The translations under genes and the position numbers were made by a program. A stretch of 63,742 nt of DNA, counting the filler, from Reticulomyxa filosa (Eukaryota > Protista > Foraminifera): assembly GCA_000512085.1 (NCBI GenBank). It is 17 parts of 17 records of this genome, joined end to end, with 100 filler letters (N's around TTAATTAATTAA, not from the genome) between each part and the next. Parts side by side here need not be neighbours in the genome. Positions count along the whole stretch, not along the records: positions 24,356 to 29,887 come from ASPP01001654.1; positions 29,988 to 34,219 come from ASPP01008795.1; positions 34,320 to 35,434 come from ASPP01008586.1; positions 35,535 to 41,977 come from ASPP01007734.1; 13 more parts are not named here. The stretch is one strand, 5' to 3'. Below are positions 24,450 through 37,081 of the stretch, piece after piece; positions within the stretch are counted from its first letter, which is position 1, and every line of letters begins with the position of its first letter. Below the pieces are notes generated by a model that saw nothing but the letters and a program-made list of their open reading frames with translations, was not told the origin of the DNA and did not search any database.

Positions 24450-25582
24450 ATGTCTGGAGTTCAATCAAACACAAAACGAGAAATGCACTCCTTTAAAGTA
24501 GTACTTTTAGGAGATACAGCAGTTGGCAAGACAAGTATCCTGATGCGTTTTGTGGAGAATGCTTTCCAAGAAGCGCAACAAGCGACAATAGGAGCAGCAT
24601 TTCAATCGGTTGATATCGATGTGCCTTATGTAGGACCATCAAAATCAGAGACGACCAAAAAAACAGAAGATAGCACACACCACATGGCAAGATTACAAAT
24701 CTGGGATACTGCGGGACAAGAGCAATATCATTCTTTAGCGCCAATGTATTATCGGTAAAGTTGTTTTGTTCAAATAAAAAAAACAACTTAACAATACATA
24801 TCTGTACATAACATATACATATATGCATATTATATGTATATGTATATGATGTATGTGCATATGTGGGATATAAGAGCAGAGGATGCCACGCAGCGGTAAT
24901 AGTATACGATGTGGGTAATTTAGAGTCGTTTAAACGAGCAAAGGTATGGATTCATGAGCTGAATCAATCAATGGCAGAAGAGGACTGGGAGAGAGTGATA
25001 GTGATATTGGTAGGAAATAAAATGGATCTTTGTGAAGATGTTTACAGTCGAAAATATACAAATGAGTTGACAACAAAGGAAATTTATCAAAGTGTTTCGA
25101 TTGAAAATAAAGCCGAAATTTCCAAAACAAATAATGTAAATTTCCGCAATCGTTTATTGTTTCCGTTTGCTTTGAATTCTGCAGATGATATTACACAACA
25201 ACAACAACAAGAGGATTTAAAACGTGAAAAAGAAACTGAAAATGAAAATACTAATCGCTTCAAACATGAATACAATAAATCTGTGAGAAAAGTCAGTTTG
25301 GAAATGTCTTTTCAGTTTGCCAAAGAACGACGACTGCATTTTATTGAAACAAGTGCTAAATATGGAACTAATGTTAGAACGCTATTTCATTCCATTGCTT
25401 ATTTGTTGTATTCTCAGTTTAAACACAATGAATTGTTATATGCAAATTCCAAGGATGCTAATGCTTCCAAAAAGTCACAAGCTTTTCGAATTCACGAAAC
25501 TGCTGGCCAGGGATACTCTGAAGCTGACAGTAAAATTTTAAAAGAGTCTGACTTCACCAAGAAAAAGAAAAAATGTTGTTAG
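24450..25582 (+). CDS. Rab GTPase, Rab5-like, with large insertions
   Basis: [47 protein letters not shown]-terminal KKKKKCC; one intron at ~24756-24879. Confidence 0.93.
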
Positions 25583-26176
25583 ATTTTTTTTTTTTAGTCA
25601 TGTGTTTTATCCTTTTTTTCTCTTTTCCTAAGTTCACTCCTTTCTTAAGACTCCCATTTATTTTCTTTTTTGTCTTTGTTTCATCAAAGTTTTTGATGCA
25701 ATCAATTAAATCAATATTTTTTTCCGTTAATTATAATTTCCGCAAAATCTTGTGTTTATGTTTTAAAACTGAAACAATCACACATATCACATGCTAGTAA
25801 TCTTAATGCCAAGTCTGATATCTTCCACCTTATTTGTGTGGAAGATGGCAGGACGTTTTTGCAAAGAATGTTTGAATGCACCTCTAGTGGACCATATGTT
25901 AATTTGTCCGGGTTTTGGCTACTTTGAAAATTCAAATATTTTATAATGAAACACAAGCAAAGATATGATACGAATGATCAAAGCGACTATCAAAAAAAAA
26001 AACGTGGGAAAAAAAAAGTAGAATGAGACAAAAAATAAAAACGTTACATTATTCTTCACAAAATATCTGGGAAGAAAGATAAAAACAAAGACAAAGAAAA
26101 AGTTAAAAAATAACAAACAAAACACGATACGAGTCCGACCGTAAAAAAAAAAAATTGAAACGAATGGACCACACTT

Positions 26177-27832
26177 TTAAGAGTGTACTTTGGACAAATG
26201 GAACTTGAGACTTTGATTGACACGAAACTTACGACCACACCACTGACAACAATAGCGTTTTTCATCAGAGTGCGTCTACATACGGATTTATGTTATTATC
26301 ATTCACAATTTGTTGTCTTTTCCTTTCTCTCTCCTTTCCAAAAAAAAAAAGAAGAAAAAAAAAAAAAACAATATTTTTTTGCTTTTCAAACGACTCAACT
26401 CGGGAGTGTTGGTTCAAGTTCCTTTTGCACGCAAATCTCTTATGGCACAATGAACACTGAAACGGCTTCTCTCCTTTATTTTTTTTAAACACATCACACA
26501 TCAAAAAAAAAAAGCCAATGTTTTTTTTTTTTAAACAACAAAAGTTCATTTTCAAAACACACCAGTATGAATACGTATATGATCGTGTAAATACGATTTT
26601 CTCGCAAATTTTTTATTACAATAAGGACATCCACGTGTTGAAGGATTATGAACACGCTGATGTCGTTTCAAACCCTTTTCAGAATGATATCGTTGCCCAC
26701 ATTCATCACATTCAAATATTTTATTCAGATCCATTTCTATTTTTTTATTTTTATTTTTTTTGTTAAAAAAGTGCGTTTGTTTATCTAATAAAAAAATTAG
26801 ATGCAAAAGCGCACCTACCATTACGTTTTTTTTTTTTTTGAACCAAAGTAGTTTGCAACAAAGGGGAGAAAAAAAAAAAAAAAAAATGACCTGACTGTGA
26901 CTTCAAACAATTGTTTGGCACAACGATAGGTGCAACACTGTGGTGATCATGACCATCGCAACATGGATCGTCGCATTTGTCGTCATTGAGGGTTGCCACG
27001 AGTGGAAGCGCTAAACTATGTGAGCTGGTGTTGGCAATCGCAGGTGATGGATCCCATTGGCGCATCTGCTGTCCCAAAGAAGAAGAAGAAGAAGAAGCAG
27101 CAGCAGCAGCAGCGGCATCACCATGTTTGGACAAAGGAAGATGACAAATAGGGATTGGTGGTGTGTTTCCCTCACCGCCAAGATTGACATCAGCATCTTC
27201 GTTTTCGTGTTCATGTTCGTCCAATTCCCCTCGGGATGACAATGATGCCAATAGTGCTGCTGCAATTTCGATCTCTCTGTTCAGCTCGGACGGTTCACTG
27301 CTGTGGGCACTTTCACACTTGGCTGTCATGAGCGGCATCATTTTCATTACTCCTTCCAATTCACTGTTTCGAATATTTATATTCTTTTCGCTTCCGTCTA
27401 TTCTTGTCTGAACAAGTGGCTCATTCTCCGCTATCCACATGTCTCGACCTGGCTTTAACAAGTCACTTACATCCGACACTATCATGCATGTGGCTTTCTG
27501 TGACTGGCTGTTGCTGTTGCTGTGCTGTGCCACTCGACTGGAGAGGGGACTTGTCCGACGTACATTGTTGACATTGGGTACATTACGATCACATTACTAT
27601 CTCCAACCAATGGAGACATGGTCGGGTAGAAAAGAGCATTAGTATTGTTATTCATGTTTGCATGAATGGTCTGAACACCGTTCATCATCGTACAGAGGGC
27701 TACTTGAGGATAGCAAACGCCTGCATTTCTTGCTTGACTGTCATTGTTATTGCCATTCACTGCTAGATAAGGGGACTGCGGAAACAACAACGACAGGTTG
27801 CTGGCATTTGCATAATCGGCAAATCGAAACAT
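26177..27832 (-). CDS. C2H2 zinc-finger transcription factor with four C-terminal fingers; spliced; frame break near 27480-27590
   Basis: CDECGQRYHSEKGLKRHQRVH, CPYCNKKFARKSYLHDHIRIHTG|EKPFQCSLCHKRF, CQWCGRKFRVNQSLKFHLSKVHS*. Confidence 0.88.
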
Positions 27833-28559
27833 CGTTTTTCCAATGTATCACACAAGTTTTCAACGCTTGGGAAAATGTAGAAAACGTCCAACCAAATTCA
27901 CAGACGACAACAACAAAAAAAAAAACAAACAATTTCGCCCTAAAACAACTGATAGCGAAGGACCATGGAGAGAAAATCAGACACCAATTGTTTCGCGCAA
28001 AATTGAAACAACTTTTTCAAAAAGGACTTTTTTTCTTTTTTTTTTGCAAGTGGTTAAAAAATGGCTACACTAATTATTGAAAACTGTTTTTTTATCAGTT
28101 TTATTCTCTGAAATCTTGTACATTTTTTCCAAAATAACTTCAATAGAAAAAAAATTAAACAAAGTATACATTAGTGCGCCACCATTCTTAAAGTATATTC
28201 AAAAAAAAAAAATTTCTTTTGGAATGTCAACTGTCCAGTTAAATTGGCACTTGCTAAAATCTCACAAGAACGAATCCGTGTTCAATGTGTAGAAGGAAAA
28301 ACAAAGAAAGACTATTAAACAAAACAATTCATTGATGGAAGAGGTTTGAGATCAGGCCAGAGTAACAGATATATAGCCGACCGAGGAGGAGGAAAAACCA
28401 AAACAGAAAGACGTCGAACAAGAGTAATTGCTTTTTCTTTTTTTAAAAAAAAAACGATGATCATTACCTAAAAAAAAAAAAATAATCAATTGAGATTTCA
28501 CTGCTCACACACACCTTAGCATAGAACAAATAACGGAGAGACAATTTTGATAATGTAAA

Positions 28560-29887
28560 TTATTTTTTTTGATTATTGTTGATGATCACCGGCGTTAATG
28601 GCGGCAACGATTGTCCTAAATTGGTCATATCCGTGTTGATCGACACCGAAGGAGCTTGCTGAGGCTGCAAAAACGTTGTGGTGGTAGGATAAGGAACCGG
28701 GCACATTATGACACATGATGCTGATGTGGCATTGCTACCAGTTTTTTTTTTTTTTTTTTTTAAAAAAAGTTATCTCATTTCCCTTAAAATAACTATAACA
28801 TATTTTTGCATTAAAGAGGGGGTAAATAAAGGAAGGGAGGGAAAAAGTATATAATAGACATTACTGTAATAAACATTTGAAGACGGAAAGTACAAGGGTT
28901 GAGCAATTGTAGCAGTGGCAGTGTTATTGGACGTGGCAACAGAGGCTGTCCTCGGGGTCTGTGTAAACAGCGTGAAGGGAATGGATCCGGCCAGAGTTGC
29001 TCCAGTGACGTTGGCAGTAGTATTAACAGCGGACATATGAATGGCAGCATCGGTTGGACCCAACGTGGCCACACTTGGATTACCGGATGTAGACAGCGTG
29101 GTGGTGAAGGTGTTGGCGGTCAGTGGATGAAAGTGAGCGCTCGGGAGAGTGGTGGACATTGTAGCAATTGATCCGTTGGAGAACAATTGCGAATAAGAGG
29201 CATTCGTCGATGCTGTTGTCGCTGTGATCAATGGCGTCGGCTGTCGCACGAACGAATTCATGCTCGCGTTGCTGCCATTGTCTGCAAATTTTCATTTTTG
29301 CAAACATATTTATATATACATATATATGTGTATATATATATATATATGTTTAATTTTAACTCGAAGGGAATGCTAGCTGACTAGTACTAGTCGATCGTCT
29401 CTGTGGAATTTACCACACATACAAACACTATTCGTCACAACAATGTTTTTTTATTTGCTGTTGTCGCGAGTTGAAATCCGGACACAAATGAATAGCCAAT
29501 TAATATAAACATAAACATAATATAACATATATACATATATATATATATGTATGTATATATTTAAATGGTAAACTCGATGGCTATGTTTATCCTTTCGATC
29601 TTTGTCATCACTTTTGAGTTTGTGCTTGCAGTCGAAATCATCGAGCTTCTTTTGGATCCACGTGTGCAGAGCAGTTCTTTTTTTTTTCGAGTTGACTTTG
29701 GAGTTCTGGTGTGGACAACGGCAATTGGAGCAAACAATAGTCCAAAGAGCAGTCAAGAAACAGGGATCCAATTACTTCGCACTCGATCTCATGTTCGGCT
29801 GACTCTGTTCCAGCACCAGCAGCACCAGTAGCAACAGCAACAGCAGCAGCAGCAGTAGCAGTGGCAGTGGCATCCACAACTCCCCCG
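28560..29887 (-). CDS. 3' part of an unidentified Thr/Ala/Ser-rich spliced protein
   Basis: Coding-like exons (ECEVIGSLFLDCSLDYCLLQL; RTALHTWIQKKLDDF; NSFVRQPTPLITATT) separated by (TA)n-rich introns; frame break in a 10-A run at 29678-29687. Confidence 0.5.
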
Positions 29888-30047
29888 NNNNNNNNNNNNN
29901 NNNNNNNNNNNNNNNNNNNNNNNNNNNNNNNTTAATTAATTAANNNNNNNNNNNNNNNNNNNNNNNNNNNNNNNNNNNNNNNNNNNNTTTTTTTATACGT
30001 ATGTATGTATATATGTATGGTTTTTTTTTTTTTTGTAAAAAAAAAAA

Positions 30048-30379
30048 CTGTTCAAGTCCAATTGATACGAGTAATATGAACCAATGGCTTTGCCACTTGA
30101 TAACACTGTGAAATTCAATGAATTCATCGACGGAATTCTTGCTCGATGAGACAAGATCAGACTGTCATTGGAGGCATATTGGTATGCGTCCACTCCATTG
30201 TAGAGCCCATTAATGTACAAGGTATCCGTACTTATTCCATGCGCTACGTAGCCATTTCCTACCGTTGGGCTCAATGCACTGTTCAAGGGAAATGCCTCTG
30301 ATTTTAGTATCGATACCTCTTCTGGCAATACACGTGCATTCACATTTATCCATCTAACTTGTTTCATTCGTGCCATTGC
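30048..30379 (-). CDS. Glycoside hydrolase family 65, PGGHG/ATHL1-like, N-terminal exon
   Basis: PTVGNGYVAHGISTDTLYINGLYNG...SHRARIPS matches the N-terminal motif of ATHL1/PGGHG-type GH65 enzymes. Confidence 0.75.
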
Positions 30380-30953
30380 AAACACAAAAGTATTGTTTTT
30401 TATTAAGTATTCTTTCTTTTATAGTGCCCTTTTCTCGCACTTTTTGACAAAGAGAAGAGTTTTACCTGCTTAAACCACACAGTAAAAATACTGTCGCAAT
30501 CATCATCATTTTTTAAACGATTCACAAGAAAATAGAAAGAGATTTAATATAAACAATGATCAAGGATAGGGACCCCTGCCGTATCAAAAGAAGTCTTTTG
30601 TTCTGTTCGCTGGTACTGAAAAATTATAGTAGTTTGAGAGAATAAATTAAGCACTTTAAACTACCATTTTCATTTTTTTAAGCAATAAGCAGTTAACTGT
30701 CAAGTAACATTATTTATTGCTTTTTTGGGAGGATTGTTTCAAGATTATGCTTGAGATTGTTATTTTTGTCAAAAGGGCTGCTTAATGCTATCACCTAAAA
30801 CATAATGCAATCTCATTAAGGCAGAGAAATTTAGTAAGAAATCTTTGCTGAACGATAGCTGAAAAAAATTTTTTTTAAGCGTGTATGTGAAAAGTTATAC
30901 TTACTCGGAGCAAACCTAAACCAGAAAAAAATTTCCGAACAACATTGATTGTC

Positions 30954-31979
30954 ATGAGCGCTGCAAATAAGTCAAATTCTCAATTAACAAGAGCAGAAAA
31001 AGCGGCTTTGGTAAGTAATCATAAAAATATCACAAACTATACCTGGAATATAATGAGAGCACAAACGTGTAGGCCCGAAAAGAACGTGAAGAACGGGACC
31101 AAAAAGAAAAGGATGAGAAAGAACAAAAAGAAAAAGAACGCTTGGACACAGCAAAGAAAATGAGAGACGATGCAAAAAATAAGGACGTGAAAAGCAGACA
31201 AGTTAAAAAGATCAACCAAAAAGGAGCAAAAGAAGAATTTTTTTTTAAGTGAGCTTTCGACGGGGGGGGGGTATTATCCAAAAAAAAAAAAAGAAACACA
31301 AAGAGGTTGGCGACGGATTATTTGAGTGTTCTGTTTGCGGTGCTCACGTGGCAGAATACATGTTGGAGGATCATTTAGCAGAACATCCACAACAGATCAA
31401 AGATAGGATTTGGCTTGGAGCAGCAGTTAAAAAAGCAAACAAAAAATAACAAACTTGTGTATGTTGTGATTAGCCGATTATTGTGGCTTTGGATGTAATT
31501 TTTAGGTGAACATGCAAGACTTGGAATTTTTAAAGACAGAAAAGATCACACACATTTTGAATTGCACTCAAGAAGTGGAATTGCCAAAAAATGTGGAAGC
31601 GTACATAAAAGGATTTCAGAGAATAAGCATTCAAGACAAAGCGAACGAAGACTTATTGGCTGTGATCTTTAAAGGGATTATATGGATTGACGAAGTCTTA
31701 AGCAATGAAAAAAATATCATATTAATCCATTGTCGTGAAGGAAAGTCTCGCAGTGCGTCATTTTTATGTGGATACTTGATTTGGAAAGAAAATATTGCTT
31801 TTGAGAGCGCCTTGAGTGCCGTCCGCAGTCGTCGTACTGTTGCTATGCCAAATCCCAAATTTTTCAAACAATTGGAAGAATTTTCCGCTATTGTTATCAA
31901 GGAACAAGAACTTCCTGCTGAAAAACGAACTTTTCCCCCATCCAAATATGACTTCAAACTCATGCCAGTAAAACAGTAA
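30954..31979 (+). CDS. Dual-specificity protein phosphatase with charged N-terminus and a C2H2-type finger, 4 exons
   Basis: IWLGAA|VN..ITHILNC..ISIQD..IHCREGKSRSASFLCGYLI..AVRSRR..MPNPKFFKQL; CSVC..EDHLAEH upstream; intron 31426-31505. Confidence 0.94.
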
Positions 31980-32904
31980 CTTCGGAACTGTTTACGGCTC
32001 CCCTTTTCCTCTCCCCCAAATTTTTTTGATGAAAACAACAAATGAGAAGCTATTTCTTTTTTTCTTTCTTGACACGCTTTTTTTTGCCAATGCACTTTTG
32101 TGCCAATGGTGGTTGGTTTTGGATGTCATGTGTGTTGGTTAAGCATTTTTTTGTTTTTGTTGATAACAACCTTCACATTTTGTTTTAAACATCTAATAAA
32201 ATTGGTCAGGTTTGGGACTCGATTGTGCCAAAACGACTTATTTTTCTTTCCAAAGCAAGATTAAAACAACTTAAACATCAGCAACTTTTTTCTTATAAAA
32301 ATTCGATCAATTGTGAAAACATAATGAAGCTCAAACTATAAAATAATTACTCAGTTATTGTTTTAACTTAATGTAAAAAGAAAGTTAGGCAGCGTATTTA
32401 CATATATATGCAAATTTTAACTATTGTCACACTGGACATTTCTTCTTTGAAAAAAAGAAAATAAAAGTGAGTTTTAGAAATTTCATTGGTCATTATCAAA
32501 GAAAGCGAGCTAGTTAGTAACAAAAGGACTTGATCACTAAATACAGATTCCGCAATTTTTGTGATAGCGCAGTAAAAAACGAAAGACCCATAGAAAAGTG
32601 TTTTTAAACGCTTTTTGCTGGCCTATATTAAGTGGTCTCTCAAAAGAAAAACTTTCTATGATAAATGCCACTTTAAAAACCAGATATGAAGCACCTAACT
32701 AATAATTGAGATATGGTCATTTTCTTAGAGAATAGCTTTTTAAGAGTCTGTTATGTTTAGATTAAATTGAGAAGAGGAGAAAAAGTTCAAATCAAAAACA
32801 TTTTTGCAAGCCGCATTGAAAAGGCTGAAACTAAATAAAATATTGTTATAGTTACTTAAGATTTTTTTATGATCACTATTCTTCAGAATTCAGATTAGGT
32901 GATC

Positions 32905-34182
32905 ATGCCAAAAAGTAAGGAATATTTACATTTTGAAGCTCTCGTCGATCGATATCACGAGCTAATCCGCCGAAATGTACCCAAGAAAATGAGAAACATA
33001 AACAAACATAAAAAAAACAAACAAAGAGAGAGTGAAATATTGGATGTATTATTTGTTTGTTAATCTTTGTGCTTTTACAACAAGGAGATATTGTGTTACA
33101 CTTTCGTTGACACAGCGTGAAATCCATGCCAGCCGAGCATTGAATGATATCCGCCGAACAATATTGCTCCAAGGAGTACCTGAAGACGACATCGTGACAG
33201 ATGTGAGCATCTTACAAATTTGCAGTATACCTATATATGCATATATGCATATACATATATATAAATATCATGCATATGAAACTCTTGCTATTGGCACAAA
33301 AAAAATAAATAAAATTGGAAAAAATAAAACAATATATCTGAATATGCATATAAGTGATGACAATCAAAAAAGAAAAAGATGAACAATACATTATTCTTTT
33401 TTTTTTTTCCTTCACTGAGTTGCCACCCCTCCCCTCTTTTCTCTCTCTCTCCAATTATTTTCAAATTCACGTTTTTGCAACAAACCTACATCAAAGGAGG
33501 GGACTGAAACAAAACGACAAAAAAAAAAAACATTTTAAATGGGAGTAATGCCTTGTTTGTATGTGCGTGAGAGAGAGGAAGCATAAAGTGTTGTACATTA
33601 ACAGTATTTGCAAAGGGTCTTTTTTTTTTTCCCCCGAAAATGACAATAATAATATTAATAACAATATACACGGACGAATTTGTATTTATTTGTTACAATA
33701 TATACATATATACATATGTATATGTATATGTATATAGTTTTTTAAAGAAAATATGAAAATGATACATAAAACACGGGATCCACAACAACAACAACAACAA
33801 ATAACACAACATGCAGTTTCGGAAAGTGAATGATAGCCCACATGCAGTGACAAAAGCGACCCATATAAAAAAGCAGTCATTAATGACGGTGCATGTGCAC
33901 AGCCACCCATGCGTGTTTGGCAAAGGTGAGGACGACCAAGACACAGATCCGCCGAGAAACGAACAAGATGAGGAAGTGACCAAATGTAGCCACTCTCTCC
34001 CTTCATATTCACGACCAATGTTGATACACCACAAACCCCATCTGTCGACGATTGCCAGTTCCAATAACAGCATTGGGTCCACTGACAGTTGGACAGCAGC
34101 ACTAAGCAGTGTTCGGGGAAGTTCATCGATTGGAGTCAACGACAACAAATCTATTTCAACAAAGACTACGAACAATCATAGC

Positions 34183-34219
<37 letters not shown>
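32905..34219 (+). CDS. 5' part of a spliced gene, possibly a TBC/Bub2-like Rab-GAP; frame breaks
   Basis: MPKSKEYLHFEALVDRYHELIRRN|REIHASRALNDIRRTILLQGVPE resembles the L..LR..IL..G.P start of TBC domains, followed by low complexity. Confidence 0.35.
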
Positions 34220-34319
34220 NNNNNNNNNNNNNNNNNNNNNNNNNNNNNNNNNNNNNNNNNNNNTTAATTAATTAANNNNNNNNNNNNNNNNNNNNNNNNN
34301 NNNNNNNNNNNNNNNNNNN

Positions 34320-34357
<38 letters not shown>

Positions 34358-34362
<5 letters not shown>

Positions 34363-35386
34363 GTCAGTGCGGATCACACAGTCTTCGAGTAAATGCACAC
34401 TGTACGTTCGCAACTTACCGATGTCGATAACGTCAACGGAGGCGTGTCGCAAGAAATTGGAAGAGCTGGCAGGGGTGCCCATCAAAGAGTTTTGTTGGAA
34501 AGGCAACTATTGCTTTGCCGAATTTGTCAATTTCCATCACACTAACACGGCCTTGACCAATTTGAGAAACACCACCTGGGATGGACTCCGCCTCAAAGTG
34601 CAAGTCGCGCATGCGGACATTGGAGAGGTATACTCGACTTTCTCTCAAATAATTTAAAACATTTCACATGCGAATTTTCTTTTATTTTTTTTTTTTTTTA
34701 CAAAAAAAAAAAGTCCAAACAAAAAAGTGAAAACGGATTTGCACGTGACCGACAACAACGGATGAGAGAACGTGAACGTGTGAGAGGAAGAGACCATGAC
34801 GCTGATCATGACCACAATAACGATCATGACCACGACCATGATCCTATTCATGATCCTATTCATGATCATGATCATGATCACGACCACAACCATAACCATG
34901 ACCATGAGCACGATAGAGATCGAGATCGAAATCAAGACTCGGGCCAAGATCCGCCTCCGCCTCTACCTCTATCACAATCTCAATCTCAACTTCAACTTCA
35001 ACAGTTTCAACAGTTTCAACAGCTTCAACAGCTTCAACAACCTCAACAACTACAACTACAACTACAACCACAACTACAACCACAACAACTACAACCACAA
35101 CCACAACAACTACAACCACAACTACAACTACAACAACAACAACAACAGCAACAACAACAACTGCAATCTCAATCTCAACCTCAACCTCAAATGGTCCTTC
35201 AGCAGCAACAGGGCCAACACGAAGACGGCAAACCTGAAATGAATGATGACTCCGAACTCCACTTGTACCGCACTTTGTATGTAAAGAACCTGCACTCCGA
35301 CGCGAAAGAGAGTGATATCGAAGTGTTCTTTAGCCGATATGGAGAACTGCTTCGATGCTATATCATTCGAGATCAGTTTGGACAAG
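34358..35386 (+). CDS. Multi-RRM RNA-binding protein, internal fragment with Asp-His and poly-Gln linker
   Basis: TLYVRNLP..KGNYCFAEF..WDGLRLKVQVA and RTLYVKNLHSDAKESDIEVFFSRYGELLRCYIIRD. Confidence 0.88.
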
Positions 35387-35639
35387 TTGAAACAATTCTT
35401 TTTTTTTTTTTTTATTTTTTTTTTTTTTTTTTTTNNNNNNNNNNNNNNNNNNNNNNNNNNNNNNNNNNNNNNNNNNNNTTAATTAATTAANNNNNNNNNN
35501 NNNNNNNNNNNNNNNNNNNNNNNNNNNNNNNNNNTCTTTGACAAAAAAAAAAAAAAAAACCGTCATGCATATATGAACATTTTTGAAAATTTTTTTAAAC
35601 ATTTGCACATATACATATACACACATGTATATAGAGCTT

Positions 35640-36788
35640 CACAGACTTTTGTAACAAAGATATCGAATCATCTTTGATCTCATCAGACAATGTGTTAAAA
35701 GTCGATTTGATGAAGCGGCAAAAATGTATTTGCAGTGTGATGAGCTGCTCGCAATTGGAATGGATCATATAGAGCAAATCATCAATATCAAAAGCAAATT
35801 GCTGTCGATGCAGCTGCAAGTGTTGCAAGGTAGAGCCATAAATATGTTTATTGTTATCAATGTTCATTATAGAAAATGAAATAAATTGTCCCATTGACGC
35901 TCTCTCTCCAAATATCGTTAAGCTTTTCACTTTTGCCGTGGGATGGAATTTAGGATACTACCCGTTTGCATATGCACGTACACATTCACAAACGCACATA
36001 CAGCCATACAAATTTGCACACGTATACTCTCAATATGTATACTATGCAGCAAAAAAAAAACAGCAATAAGAACAAAAAAAAAAAAAGAACCTGATTGACA
36101 AATGGAATACAAAGACATTTGATTTGCTGACACAAAGTTATGTCAAGAATGTCTTCTGCTAGCCAAAAAGATTGATTGTCAAAAATTAGAGATAGTAATC
36201 GTGGCTGGTATTTTTTGAGTAACAATAAAAAAGGGGCTGACGTAAAGCCCAAATGAAAAGAAGGCGCATAACTCCAACGTAGCAACTTCTCTGTTTGAAT
36301 TAATGTCAAATGTTTTATTCCATATTTGTTTGCACTTTCGTCCCCTCTAAACTTTTTTTCTAATAAGCGTATCACTTTCTCGTCACATAAATAATGATCA
36401 CACGGAATTTTCCACGTGTGTGCATTGTTATGCAAACTGCTCAATATCTCTATGAACCCGTATACAAACAGCGAGAAAGACAAAGTAAGTGACGATTGTG
36501 AAATGCTGTTATCTTTTACTGTTGTTATTGTTTGCTTAGTTGCTTTCTCTACACAATACCTTTAATGAAATTCAATGAAAACTCATTTCTTTGAAACGGA
36601 GTCAAATCAAACACTTTCACATTTTCACTGACACCTTTCAATGTTTTGCTTACTTGTCCAAACGACACAATGTCTTGGATCTCCAAAAAAAGCAACACTT
36701 GTAAGAGTATGTCACTTGGAATTGCATCAAAATTTCTTGAAAAGAGATTGAATGTATGACTTGATTGTTCATTTTCTCTCATAGACAT
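35640..36788 (-). CDS. F-box (probably F-box/LRR) protein, spliced, 3' partial
   Basis: FDAIPSDILLQVLLFLEIQDIVSFGQVSKTL F-box; LRR-like LQHLQL, LITLQI, IKHLTL. Confidence 0.8.
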
Positions 36789-37081
36789 TTTTTTGAAAAA
36801 GTGATGGGGGCAATTTTTTCAACCAGTACGAGCACTACTTCTAATGTCTCAAATTGCAGTAAGGGACACAACCGTAAATTTAAAAAGTAAAAAATTGATT
36901 CCATTTGCAGAATTTTGTCGAGATCTAGTCTCTCTTGGCTGTTTATCTGATTGACAAGTAAAGTGGAAACATCTAACTTTGAAATATTATTTTCAAATCA
37001 CATTTCATATGAGACGACATGCGATCATAAATGTACTCCATAGGTTTTTAATTATAGTTTAAAAAATCTATCCACAAAATA

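Noticed and set aside
27429-27450. 22-nt mini-intron GTAAGT..CCAG (minus strand)
   Set aside because: All other introns traced are about 65 nt or longer and AT-rich, and it would not resolve the frame break alone
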